Shown here piece by piece: positions 11,418 to 24,395 of a stretch of 64,000 bases of DNA. How positions within the stretch are numbered: position 1 is the stretch's first letter; every line of letters begins with the position of its first letter. The position numbers and the translations under genes are program-made. The notes under the pieces were generated by a model, which was not told where the DNA came from, did no database searches, and saw only the letters and a program-made list of their open reading frames with translations. The stretch lies in the NCBI GenBank assembly GCA_023334545.1, contig JAADVB010000023.1, positions 59,671 to 123,670 on the forward strand. The letters run 5' to 3'. The stretch is from Salisapilia sapeloensis CBS 127946. Lineage: Eukaryota; Protista; Oomycota.

Positions 11418-13035
11418 CACTCCGCGCCAGAAAAAAGTACACCCTGGCCTGGAGTCTGCTTGTCGGTTTATCTCTGGACACAAGTAGAGTTAGATGGTCG
11501 CAGTAGAACACAGGGGACCCTCGGTGATATCAAATACGTGGTTTGTATTAACAATTGGAGTTTCGGAAGCGTTTCCTGGACTAGCATACAAAAGACAAGT
11601 TCATAGGGCTGCGACATAACTAAAGTAAAGGCGACATATTGGGACAGCATACAAACTTTCATATTAAAAGTGCAGAAACACCAAAATGACAGGGCTGAAT
11701 GGCTTCGCGTTCCCATGTCGCTGCCGTTCCTAGACAAACAAGAGCCAGTCATTTAAAGATTTTTAATGGGAAGAGGAAGAGAGCTTACAACGGAGGAGTA
11801 CTGGTGGATGTTCAGCCTGTACGAAAGCGGAGTATCCAGCAGCTCCATCGCAAAACAGTCCGGCCGTGGCCGGATAAGCGTTAGCGTTAGGCGGGTCGTC
11901 CGGTTCGGGCACAGCTCCGGCAGCAAGCAAGAAGGGTCCTCGAGACGTAAATCTAGTCGAGCTCGAACCATGAGCGAGCGCAAGATCAGGCTTGCGGTTC
12001 GAGCGGCGGAAGGCGAGACGAGCGGCGCGTTGACCAAGCGTGCGATAGGATCGAAGGCTTCTGTCCGTACTATACAAAGATTGTTACATATTATTGACTT
12101 TTAGAGTATACTAAGATGAAGCCTACGCTACCGCTGTCTATTGCCCACAAAAGAGCTCGCATGGCGTGGGCCGAGCAGTACATTTTGACACCAGGTAATT
12201 CATGTTTCTATTTTTCTAATTCTTACTCTTTGTTACTAATTATCTTAACTTCTGTACATACACGTTGTCCTAAACTGTTTCTCGGATGAAAATTTTAATC
12301 TTGACGGTCCCGATGGATAAAAATCTTACTAGAAAGATATACGCAAGAAGCTTAGAGACTACACATGCAGACAGAATGGTGGTGGAGGTATTATAGTGTG
12401 GGGTGCTTTTAGTATATTTGAAAAATCTAAATTGGCTATTCTACGCGGTCGACAAAATTCCGGTGACTACATCTATAATATTTCTGTATGTATGCTTCCT
12501 TATGCCCACCTAGATCATGGCACTGACATCTCGTTTTATCAAGAACGCCATCATTTCACGTAAACTGTGAAACGATGCCTTATTTTGTTGGAACAAGAAG
12601 CCAGTGACATGAGCTGGCCTGCTCGCTCTTCTGACTGTATTGCTATAGAAAATATATGTTCGTTGATGGCGTCTCGTGTATAAAAACGGAAAATAGTATC
12701 GAACGGCGGATGAACTAGAGCAAGCTATATCGAAGGTATGGTCAGAGATCGAACTGGAATACCTAGAGCGCCTCATCGATTCCATGACTCGGCGTTGCCT
12801 AGTCTTCATCAAGACAAACGGCGGACTGACATCATATTAAGTCAATATTGATTATGAAAGTTTGTATGCTAGTCCAGGAAACGCTTCCGAAACTCCAATT
12901 GTTAATACAAACCACGTATTTGATATCACCGAGGGTCCCCTGTGTTCTACTGCGACCATCTAACTCTACTTGTGTCCAGAAATAAACCGACAAGCAGACT
13001 CCAGGCCAGGGTGTACTTTTTTCTGGCGCGGAGTG
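11418..13035 (+). mobile_element. Tc1/mariner (Tc3-like) DNA transposon with 175-bp TIRs and TA target duplication; transposase disrupted
   Basis: TIRs at 11418-11592 and 12861-13035 match at 174/175. TA lies at 11416-17 and 13036-37. The transposase starts MGRGRELT at 11766 and has remnants of FSDExFNLDGPDG, GGGIIVWGAFS and WPARSSDCIAIENI, with stops and frameshifts. Confidence 0.95.
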
Positions 13036-14746
13036 TATCTGCTTTGCTTCTTTAGATATTTGATCCGCAAGATTAATGAGCTCATTTTACCTTGATTCCT
13101 TACCTCGTACCTGTACCGCATCATTAGGCTCTTAACAGATCAAATAGTAAATGTAAGTTGTAATCACTGCGACAACATTTTCCTTAAGTTTTGGATAGCA
13201 TTCAAATCCCAAATGTAGTTTGGTCAGTTGTGCTGGTTCGGTATTCGAAGTCCATGATCTTCAAAGGCCACGATCATCAAGAGTCACTATCTGCCAACTT
13301 CAAGATTACTATCAACGGAAACTTCAACTTCAGTGGGACACTTCATATTTTTATTGACTCTTTCTATGAATCAACTTCGTATACGAAATAGTGCTGGAAA
13401 TGCCGTTGAGCATACCAGTAGAGCGTCCAGTGAGATCGTTATAGGGACTTACCGGTAGAATAGGCCCTAAAGTAGGTAGCTCAGCTCATTTGGCAGTCTA
13501 CCTTTTAATAAACAAGCTACATTCAACAACTACTTGAAGCGCTATTCGCAAGGCAGCACATCGATATAGAAAACCGATTTATTACGTTTAAACTACTAGT
13601 CTAATTCCTGCAAGGCATATAACGAAAATATCATGTTAATGAACACAATTTCGTTGATCCCAGGTCAGATAAGACGTAATAATCATGAATCAGGACACAG
13701 AGACAAAATCTTTTGTAGATGATTACTACTTTCTATCTTTCGCTGTATCCAGGACGTTGTAAGAATAGATTATTACGCTATAAATGATGCTTGGATTTCA
13801 CGATTGCAATTTGCCTTTCCGTGAATTAATTGCGCATAAGATATAGAGTGACATTTAAACGCATATAAGAGTAGAGAAATTTTCAATGCTTGATGTATGT
13901 AGCAGTCTTCGACAACCGAAGACGGTAGCTAGGTTCAATTATTGGTTGGTAATAAAGTTGCTCAGATTCTGGTTTATCTATCCCTCGCCTGTCAGATTGG
14001 CAAATCCTGTTCATCTTTGCTTGAATTGTACCAAGGATTACAAAATCCATCTGTGGCATTTAAGTCTTAATTCGTTCGCACCGGAGAAGATCAATGGCTG
14101 CAGTTCAGTTTATATATCTGGCATTTGGATGCGCCTTTATGTCCATTAAATGTTTACTTATCTATAAGTATATTTTTTACTCTCAATATAGTAAAATGTT
14201 TCATAATCTTCAGGTACCCCAGAAAGGCGCCATATTTGTATGTATAAATTTAAACCAAAATACATTTAGGCTGACCTAGATAGCTGCAATCACACAAATA
14301 CACTAAATTGCTCATAGCGTACATATTGAATTAAAGATAAAATAATAGCTCGAAAATTGATTTTTTCCCGTTTTACAGCTATATTCTCAACGAGAGTATA
14401 CAAAATATTCGTTATCACTTACACATATAGGATAACCTCGAAGGGTAAAGGACATCTAATTATGCATACCAACAAATAACCAAAGTAACCAAAACAGCTA
14501 TAGTCTCGAAAGTAACGATGCACTGTGCCGGTTGCAGGTGAAGCTTGCTCCACCTGTGTTAAGGTGACACTCGAAGTGACATACCTGCTGGAATAATATC
14601 TTAGTAAGTATGCGTACATGACAATGACAGTGATAGAGGACAGACTGCTGAACGATCTTAATATAGACGTCAGTATCTTCTCCATTCATGGAACACGTCA
14701 CTGCATGTTATATACAGTAAAAATTCTAAGTGTGGAGTAATTTACG

Positions 14747-15000
14747 ATGAATGCGCCTGCTAGCAAGGGAGGGCGAGCACAGTTTGCCAAGGAGCTAAAC
14801 GAGCACATTTCAGAGGGTAATACGATAATATATGGTGATGAGACTACCTTCAATATCTACCTTTCTCGTAAACAGGGGTGGGAACGCGCTGGTCAGGCAG
14901 CCATTGCGACCCTGTCGCCGTACAAGGGAAAGAAAAATTGCATGTAAATTATTGTGCCTCGTTCGGAAGCGGAATTGGGCTAATGTATACGCATGGCGGT
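14747..15000 (+). pseudogene. IS630/Tc1-like transposase fragment
   Basis: IIYGDETTFNIYLSRKQGW resembles the first catalytic Asp motif of IS630/Tc1 DDE transposases. The fragment is truncated. Confidence 0.55.
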
Positions 15001-15102
15001 ATGTAAAATGTAGAAGAATCACAATTCGTCGCGCACCCGTTTATCCCTGCAAATACACAGAAAAGTACAAAAGCAGTCCAGGGAAAAGAAGATCGTCGTC
15101 TT

Positions 15103-15355
15103 TGTCACGGGACTCTTACTACCTGGGAGAGGCTTACACGTGCGATAGGGGAAGCTTGATAAAACTATAAGTGAACTTTATTTGATACCTTTAGATCGTG
15201 CACTACTTTATACGTCTTTCCATTAAATATACCTCCCATATGCTATGGAGGAATACGCAGCTTATCTAATTATCTGCACCAAACAAGTACCAAAACATAA
15301 GAACAAAAGAAAGACAAAGTCGCTAACTACAGTAACGGACGGAGCGCCTGTTACA
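15103..15355 (-). mobile_element. Solo LTR, family copy C
   Basis: On the + strand it reads TGTCACGGGACTCTT...CCTGTTACA and aligns with copies A and B. No matching TSD. Confidence 0.75.
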
Positions 15356-15399
15356 GCTGGAAGGTTTGCGCAAGAACGGATGCCACGAAGACTACCAAG

Positions 15400-16880
15400 A
15401 AAAGAAATAGCTCCTCACAGAGCTTGTCGAGATACTTGAAAGACTCGAAGAGATAAAGACTATGAAGTAGTTCAAGCGAGAAAAGCTCGAGAGTGAAGGT
15501 GAGGTGATCCGGTCTGCAGGCCTCCAGACGATGACAAAGCAACGAGAAGGTACACAACGACAGAAGAATATGGTTTCTGTGCCTGCGTCGTCTAAAAGTG
15601 AAATCGTTGGTATGCTTGCGAAGTAAGTAGATCTTGGCGAGAAAAAGTTTGAGCTGCGAAAAAAAGTGGCAGAGAATACACGACGCTTATTGGAGCCTAT
15701 GAACGAAAATCAACGATGCCAGTTTGAGCTAATTGAGCGACTCATAGGAGGAAGTAACCAAAAGCAAATAGACGTAATACATGACAGTCAGTACAAAGAA
15801 GCCTTTCTAATTACTACAAATATGTCTTGCGCTATCTATCGATTTTGGGCTATGCTAGGGTGCTATACGCTAGTAATCGGCTAGACTAAGAGGCCGAAAG
15901 TTAAAACAACGAGCTGTATACGTTCCCGTTGAAACAAGTCAACAGGTTTTGCAAAGCAGTGGCCACAGCATAGTACTTAGCAACCGGCTGCAATAGGGCC
16001 TTTAAGCTCTTCTTGAAATCGATGAACGCCCAGTTCGTGGTGATAGTGCCAAAACACCACTCGACTAAGAGTCGGACGCGACTCATATTTCTTATAAACG
16101 CTGCTTCATCCATCGTAATACTGTTTCTTTTATGTGGACAGTCAATCGTGTCACGCATCCCATAAGCTAAATCGCCATACACAACAAATCGTTGGCCTAA
16201 AAACACAATGCTAGTGCCCAGCATCTCGGAAGGCCACTTTCACGCAACATGCGAGCGTCGTATCGTCTCTTTGTTCACGGACTCGCGAGATGTACAATGA
16301 TACCATCTGGAGTGTTCACGGACTGAAACTTGACTGCATGTGTGTGCTTGTGTCCGTTGTAGGTAGATCGATGATTTCTGATGGACGTGGCATGGCTCGA
16401 ACGTTACCATCAATAAAGCCAATGCAGTCATTTATTGGACTGCCCTTCGCCTTAATACACTATCTAAAACGAGAAAGAGGACTTTTGTCAAGTCGGTGAA
16501 CATTCCACTTCAGTAGAGACTTTTGTTGTTGTAAAGGAAGTACATCATGGCGTTAAACACGCGTGATATTGTCCTTTACTTTAGCCCAAAGGACGTTTCC
16601 AGATCAAATAAGCGCGACGGGTATGCCAGTCGCTTCAAAAGGAATCAAGTGGCAAGCAATGCGTCGCCACATCATCTATTTTTAAGCTGCAGAAGAGACG
16701 GAATCTTAAACAAGTCCACCAGATTACGAATCTGTGATGCATTAAATCGAAAGTGTCTTTTCCATAGAACATCGCTCGCTTCAAAGGGTCGAAACTCGAA
16801 TGGAGTCAGCCGTTTCTCGTTTCCTGTGCTATTCGCAACCTGTTATGCCAGTCGTCCACTTGCTACCATCGTTTTACTGC
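15400..16880. mobile_element. Decayed PIF/Harbinger element (transposase on minus strand ~16880-15901; partner-ORF remnant on plus strand ~15400-15790)
   Basis: Minus-strand remnants include LLKRLAYPSRLFDLETSFG, VPDGIIVH, YGDLAYG and MSRVRLLVEWCFGTITTNWAFIDF (DDE_Tnp_4-like). A convergent charged coiled-coil remnant lies on the plus strand. No TIRs found. Confidence 0.7.
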
Positions 16881-18899
16881 GTTGTTGTGTGAAAAAAATA
16901 GTTTCAAAAACTTTTTGTAGCGCAAAAAGCCTAGATTTGAAATATATCACAAATCTTATGAGGTATTTCATTTGAAAAAGTCTTGTGGCGCAAACTCTCT
17001 AATATTCACTAAAAATCTGTATTGATTACGAGGACGGGAGTAACCACAATACAGTTAAATACCCCGCAAGTGGGCTTGTCCAAAGGGTTCTAGACTTATT
17101 AAAGTAGCGAGCAGCTATCCCCCCAATCGACTACTACCGGAAAAGCGTTGAAGTTTGCCACGCCATGACTGAATTAAGAAAATTGGAGTGACTACATGGA
17201 CGAAGCAAAAGGAGGGGAAAGCAAACACTTAATTATATAAACCGTTAGAGACGGATTAAAAACAAGTTGCCGAGATGCTGAACGTTTAGCGAACAGTGCT
17301 TGCAGATTAGAAGGTGGACCTTAAGCTTACCAAAAATGTCGTGTGCTGTAGTTCGGAAGTTGCGCTCTGATCAACAAGCTAGACCGCATGCTTACAGAGG
17401 TTCACTTGCATCCATCCTTCAGCTCAAAAATTGCCTGAAGTTTGGGTGCGTAAAGCCTGTTTTTTCTCACGAAAAATACGCTGATACGCTAGGACACTAC
17501 ACGGGCGCCATCGGGCGCCACGCCATAACACACAGCATGCCTTTGGTAACCAAAACGGTATCAAACACGCAAGACTACGGGCTAATCATCAGCCCACCCC
17601 ACATGAAAAGAGCGTCGCTCATGAGGCTTTAATCTTATCGGTCAAATCAATACTATGACTAATTTACAGGGAAAGAGACCAAGACAAGAACACAGGAAAA
17701 CACGCTGCTTCCCGTCCTCGGAAACATCGACACAGCAAGATTTCCATCATGAAAATTTAAGGATGCTCATATCATGTCATTAAGAACACTGATAGGGAAC
17801 CAACCCTAATACACCGTCCGCGATCGTTTGCTCAGACCGTTTGGGAGACTAATAATTTTACGGACGCATCACTTCTTTGAACAGAGCGGCACATGAAGAA
17901 ACTTAATGATATCGCGTATACAACAGAAGATAAAACTATTTAAGGCAGCATCGACTATTCCACGGATTGGTAGATCATCATGTAAATGCGTCAATTTGGC
18001 GGCAGCTTATCGTAGATAGAGCTACTAGGGGCTAAAAACTTGATATTCACGTAGTGTCGCTTGCTTTCAGGAAATGTGATTTATTTGTGGCAAAAGATGT
18101 GCTCTCAAATGCCTTCTGATGTTGGAATCTGGTCGACATGTCCGCTCCTGATACCTGAAACTAGTCGCACTGTAATTTAGAGCCAGCAATTAAGCTTTCT
18201 ACTCCCTTCATGCTTAAGTTGCATCTAACTTCAGCCATTCTGCGATCTGCCTGAAAGCGTGCGACCGAAGAAGACATCAGGCCAGCATAGTTACTTCCAC
18301 AATTTATCACAAAAAGCTTTGTGCTGTATCAGCAAAACTGCAAGTCAAACTCCTGGAATTAAGATACCAAAGCTGCGACAAGACCTATATAGCGTCTATG
18401 AAAAGAGCGATAAGGAAAGCTATGGAATTACTAGAATTTTAGCATTACGATGTGGACAAAGTTAAAAATATTAAAACGAGTGAAAAGCTTAGTATTGTGT
18501 GTGCTGCTGGTTATCGTAGTTAGCCACATTTACGCGTTGCCAAACACAGGGAGACAACACTATTATACGGCGCCTTTTGGCCGATCCGCACTTAAATTCA
18601 TGGTCTTCGCGTACGATTTTGGGCTACCGCGTTTGAATTCGGACGGAACATGATGACCTCGAAAAAAGAAAAGACTTTTGTATTGATTTTCTTTTACGTT
18701 TTACTGGCCAATCTCTGTTATTAAAGTTGTGTTGAAGTGGGGGAGTCTGCTCATTTGCTTTACTGCACTGATGCGAGTTTACTGTTTCGTGGAGCAAATT
18801 TTCCGCAGCTAACGCCAAGCATGTCTGACAATGTCATTTGATCGTCATTCCTTGTGGTACATTAAGCATATCATTTCTTTCAGCTGAAAAGAAACATTC

Positions 18900-19534
18900 C
18901 GCAGCACTATTATTGATATGAAGTACTATTTTAATCGAATGGAACATCGTTGAGTACGGACCCAATCGTAAGCATTCAGCACATTAAAACTTAGTCTGTG
19001 CAAAAGATTCCATGTTCGTTGCGTGACATGAGCCATTACCGATGATGAGCGTCTCCCGGTACAGCTAGCCACGTTCCGCTACGCAGCGTAGTAAACCTCT
19101 CATAAAATTTGCAATACACTTCTGCATTAGATGCCCCAAGCTCCCGTTCCTTATAACTTAACCCATGTTTGCTATGAAGACTACTACATGAATATTTTCT
19201 CCTTTGTTAACTGCATTCATTTTCAGTGACCTTTCCCCGGTGCGGCTCCATCTACAGCCACGAGCATACCAAATATTGAAGTTAGTTTCGTTTATGAAAT
19301 AAATTGTCATTTCCCTTTTAACGGCTTCATGTGTATTCTGCACGTGTTCTTTTCTTTTCTTTTCTTTTTGTTCTCTGTGGTGTTTCGGGCAACCGTATCC
19401 CGATGAAGGTGTTTGACGGTAAGACCTTGGCCGTTTAGGGTCTTCTTGACGATTTCCGGATGAACCAGCACATTACATGTTCGCTGTATGAGATCCCGGA
19501 TTTGAGAAAAAGTATGAAGAGGATTAGCTTCCAC
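18900..19534 (-). pseudogene. IS630/Tc1-like transposase remnant
   Basis: Contains an HTH-like segment (EANPLHTFSQIRDLI..VHPEIVKKTLNGQGLTVK), IYFINETNFNIW..GENIHVV, and a degenerate LRLGPYS motif near 18960. Confidence 0.6.
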
Positions 19535-19619
19535 ACCTTTAATTAAAATCTTTATATGTTCATATAGTAATTTCTGATTATTGTTTCTGCCTCATATTTT
19601 TCTTGTCAGCTATTCACTG

Positions 19620-20760
19620 GTTACTCTTGGGATGATGTGACATCGCTTCTCGCAGCTGACATAATATCGTTGAGCTGAGAATCGACGACCGTCAGCTGAT
19701 CAGAAGGAATGTCGAAAGAATGAAGGAAATTTGACCAATCTAGCGCCCAGGGGCCTAGGTTCCACTTCGGGAGCTGGGTCCCAGGGAGGTCTAGGTCCGG
19801 ACTAGACCCGAGTTCCAGGGCTGAGAACAGACCGGAGCAACAAAGACTGGAGATGATGAGTCCGAGCTCCGAGTTTTTACACGGAAGGCGCTGAGCTAGC
19901 ATGGTATGGAGGTTCAAGAGGGACCACAGGACAACGAGGATGAGGAATGCGAACGAAAGGCCGGGCCCGGATCAGGACCCCAGGGTGAAAGATCTGGACC
20001 TAGGCACCTCAGGGGTCGAGAACCGGGCTGAGACTCAGTACACGGATGATGATAGTACAACAGTATGTTGGATGATACATGACATGAGAAAGCACAACAG
20101 ACGGTTGAACAAGAAAATATAGCCAGCAATTGAAATTTGTATAAGCAGAATACAGAAGAGAATTTGCACTGGAATTAGCAAGCGCACGTGTGGTCACGGT
20201 GCGTCCTAGTTTGAGTTAGGGTTTTCACCACCCTCGGAAATAACCCTGCCGCGCTAGCGACCTATGTCTGCGTGTGCACTTCATATTCACCTTCGGAGAG
20301 CGTGTGCGTTACTCGCTGTGATTCGTCCTCACGTTAGTGCGTTCGGTGGTGACACGGATACACCGAGGCCTTCATCTACAAAAGAGAAGACCCTTGCTCA
20401 TACCCGAGCCCCCTTCGTTACTCATCTCCCTCATCGAGAGGAAGATTCAAATAAGATACTGTCCGGAGGAAATGTCAGATGCTCCGTGGACCCCGTCGGT
20501 CAAATAACTGTGACAGAGGCAATAGTATTCAATCAGGTTAAGGGCCTGCACCCGATCCGCTCCTGTTGTATTACCGGAGTACGGCGAGCGAAGTAAGAAA
20601 ACCCGCAATCCGAAGAGTGGCCGGTAACTACTATAATGAACGTACCTGGTGCGCGTTTCGGTTGCACTAGAAAACTTTCAGTGCAACCCAGGTCCTAGAT
20701 TCTAGGGCCCGCATCCAAGGTCTCTATTAATCAGGACCTCCATCTCTAAGTTTCTTACTT
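19620..20760. repeat. Unclassified GC-rich repeat or retroelement remnant
   Basis: Recurrent GGACC/CCTAGG/CCCAGGG motifs at 19740-20040 and near 20690. No recognisable protein domain. Confidence 0.3.
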
Positions 20761-21235
20761 TGAGCAATTTTCAAAGACACTTTGGATCATCGCACAAAGG
20801 GTGCTACCACACGCCTGAGTGGAAAGCGGCAAGCACATCACCACATTATCCTCGCTTTGATGGCCCAGTGAGAAGCAGTTTATATGGGAAAGTTAATTTA
20901 TTGCGCTTCCAATTTCTAGTCGTCATTCTTTCAAGCAAGGTCGAGGATTCGCTCCTGTATATGTTTGTGGTCGTATGTGTGCCTCGTCATGGTTCATAGT
21001 CTGGTTAAAAAGTGAAAACGAAAAATCTCGTAAAATTCAAAGTTTTTGCAAATATTGTGTATCTTTGCTTTTCAGCCAAATTCGAGCGTCGAAAGTCCGA
21101 ATTTCGAATTTCGAAGTTTTATCCGAAATTAATAGAAAGATTCTAAATTTGAATGTGCTAACGGAGACGCCGTTTAATACTGTAGTAGAAGCCTATCGCT
21201 TTTCGTTTTCGTTTGATGTAAACAATAGACGCTAA

Positions 21236-24058
21236 GGCCTTGGTCCAAAACTTATTATACTATCCTCACCTACGATACGTGACTCTTAAATAAAGGGATC
21301 ATTATGGGCCATGAATATATTTTCATTCTCATTTAGACGCTCACACTTACTCCTATTGCCGCCCACCTTCTCCTAACGAAACGCAATGGTGGTTGCCGGA
21401 CAATCGAACGCTGCGCGTACCAGTCCTCGAACTCGTGCCAGTCGCTCTACTCGCTCTACCCGCACCATCCAAACCTCTTAAGTTGACTTTGCCACCCAAG
21501 CCGAGTCTACCACTCGCTCTATCCGTGTCGCTCACGCCGTGGCTGTCGAGTCTTCAACTTTCACTGAGCCTGCCACACTTGCCGCGCCTCCCACCTATGC
21601 AGAGCCTGCTGCCCATGCTGTTCCCTCCGAGGTTGAAGCTCATGCCCCATGTTCCGCCGATGGTTTGCATGCTGTGCATGCTACACCTCTCGTCCATGGT
21701 TCGCACGCTTTTCATTACATGCTTACTTCCCATCCTATGCCTGCTTTCCGTCCCGTGTTAGCTTCCCGTACCGTGCGTATAGCGTCTTAGATCTATGTCG
21801 CGTCTAGTACGCATGCTGAGCGTGCTGCCTATGACGTCCATTTCGCGCCGACCGTGTATACCGCACCTGGCGAGCTTCCCACTCATTCCTTGCCGACCTG
21901 CATGCTGACACGTCGGGTTGCACTATCATTGATGGACAGGCAATTCCGCGTTGTACTTCGCAATGGACCGACGAGCTAGTCAATGCGTTGTTCAGAATCC
22001 ACTTCGAGGATGCCACTGTTGCCGATTGTCTTTTGCTCGGAAAGACGAACAAGGAAACGGAAGTGACATGGACAATTTTTGTGGCTACGCTTACATAAGA
22101 GACATCTGTGACCATAACGGGGAAGCAGCTCCGCAGCAAGTGCGCCAAGCTAAATACTGAGCATCGAAATTGTTGGCATAATCAGGACGCCGTGTCACTC
22201 AAGTTACCCAGCTACACAGGATGACACAAGAACTGGTAACCTGGGGTGATCGAACGTAACCAGGACAGCAGGAAGATATCTCCTTATCCAGGGAAACGCA
22301 CATCCCTCGAGTCTACTCTCGAACCTATTCAATATACCTCACTCTACTATTTGATCTCTACAACTCAAATCGCGTTACTCTAACAGAAGGCATTTGGATG
22401 AGATTGGCCACACGGGCAATATTGCCACCCATACAAGACCCCCTTTTTACATGCCGATTTTGTTCAAATAGGTTGTGGGCCGTGGACGGATTGCAAGCGA
22501 GTCCGTTCTTGACACGGATTCGATGACACCCGATCGCGACAAAACGGAGGATGGCGAAGTAGCCATTGGCTTTCCCACGGACGGCGGCGCCGAATCTTCA
22601 CGGAAGATGCAACGGGCCGGACCTCTTCGGCAAACCGGCGTGAATCTTCTTGCCAGTGAAATGGGCCGCGACATGACGGCAATGGCTGAAGCGATGTAGG
22701 CTGAACACCCCGAACTTGACATCAAAGCACTGCCCCGCACCCAGCATGAACAGCACGTTGACTTAGCACTGCAGATCGTTGAGATGCAGCGTCAGCAAGG
22801 CTCGTTTATGGAGAAGCTAGTTCAGGCAATGACAGAGCGTTAGCGCAGTAAACACGGCCAAGTATATCATACAGTAGTTTTAATGGCGTCTACCAACAAC
22901 TTTCCATTCCTGCTAGATGTTATTCTTGAATTAGAGCCACTTTATAATCTCACACTTCTTTCCGCACTCATGATTCTCTAAGATCTCTACCAACCGACAA
23001 TTCATGTTTGTGTCGTAGCTCATGTCCTGGTCTGGGAGTTCAACAACGAAATAATCCTGAAAATCCGCTAGCATTTTGTGCAAAGCTATACACACAATGA
23101 TAACAGTCCCTACTCTACCTGCCGATTTCTCATCTAGTCTTCGCAAAAGCAAATGCCAGTGATTCTTAACAATCCCAAACGCACGTTAAACGACGGTCCT
23201 TGTGCGCGAATGCGGGTAGTTATATAGTCTCTTAGGACAGTCGAACGCTTCACCTTCGCTTAATGGCGTGAACAAGTGACCCCACAGCTTGTATCAGGAG
23301 TCTCAGACAAGGTGGAGCCGCTCTGGAAGCTGATTTATAATGTGCTGAAGAAATCCAGAACGATTGCACAGCGACTGGTCGTTCCTTGAGTCAGAGCGGA
23401 CAGAGCATGAGAGAAAACTTGCTCTGCTGTCCGCTACGACCTGGATGTTGACGGCAGGGTAGCCTTTACGGCAGTACCACCCCTCGTGATTAGCATTTCG
23501 TTCTACAGCGATGAGGGTTTCATCGATAGCACCGACCATGCTGGGGAAGCCGTATATCAGCTCGAAGTCACGAGCCATGTATTCCAGGCTTGCGTCATCG
23601 AGAGTGCAGTCAAGATGCTCCTCGCTGAGATTTTTGAGTACAGCGAGGATATCGTTGACGGCTACCAAGCCTACAGTCTTGCTGATGCCAAATGTGGCAC
23701 AAGCAGACTGGATTGTACCTCAGCATGCAAGATAGTACATGCAGACGGCAACCTCTTGAAGGCAGTATTTAAGACGGTCTCAGGTGGACCAGTCGCCGCC
23801 GCCCACAGCCAAGTAGGTTGTGATAGCTGTGAGCACAGCTCAAACGGATATAATAGTGGCACGGTTGGTGTCCATTGATGGTCAAAAGAAAGTAGTGGTA
23901 ACCTGGTAGCCTTGTAAAACAAATATATTATTTTACACAAGTGTCAAATTAACGAGAATGATTCCTTGAGAATAGAATTAGAGGGATAAGTTTCGCGTCA
24001 ACCAATGAGTGTCATTTTTTTAGGATGAGAATAGATTTTAGCATTTTGGACCAAGGCC
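21236..24058. mobile_element. Full-length decayed PIF/Harbinger transposon (15-bp TIRs; partner ORF on +, transposase on -)
   Basis: TIRs GGCCTTGGTCCAAAA (21236-21250) and TTTTGGACCAAGGCC (24044-24058), flanked by TAA and AAA. Transposase on the minus strand at ~23878-22931: MVGAIDETLI..WYCRKGYPAVNIQVVAD..HSRTRTVV*RAFG. A convergent disrupted ORF starts at ATG 21386. Confidence 0.88.
22171..22385. mobile_element. Candidate Copia-type solo LTR nested in the Harbinger partner ORF
   Basis: TGTTGG...CTAACA termini, 215 bp, flanks GAAAT / GAAGG. Protein-like sequence resumes on both sides (..QVRQAKY* / HLDEIGHTGN..). Confidence 0.4.
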
Positions 24059-24395
24059 AAAATCTTAACAGAAATGACACTAGCTTTGTAGCGGCTATGT
24101 TCGTTATCGTTTGCGAGTTGCCTACAGTACCTACACGAGGTAAACGGTGCATTTTAACGCTGACCTATTTGTAATTCATGGTGGGCGGAATGCAGCAGCG
24201 AATACTACGCGAAAGAACCGGCTGAAGCAGGGTTTGCCTCCTGCGACAGCTATCACCATCAAGCTTTTCAAGATATGTCTTATGGACCGGCTGGTAGCCG
24301 TCGCAGTCGGCAATCGAGATATCTTTCACTTGGCTCTGTGCGCCTTTCATTTCGCACGCACCATTCTAGGGAAAAGGGTCGAAGTGTAAACGACA

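Noticed and set aside
16547-16975. 142-aa plus-strand ORF (also 23486-23878)
   Set aside because: Both are antisense to Harbinger transposase remnants on the minus strand.
17050-18250. Possible pogo-like or Gypsy RNase H remnant (TACAGTTAAATACCCC start)
   Set aside because: Too degraded to assign. No matching right TIR or clear catalytic motif.
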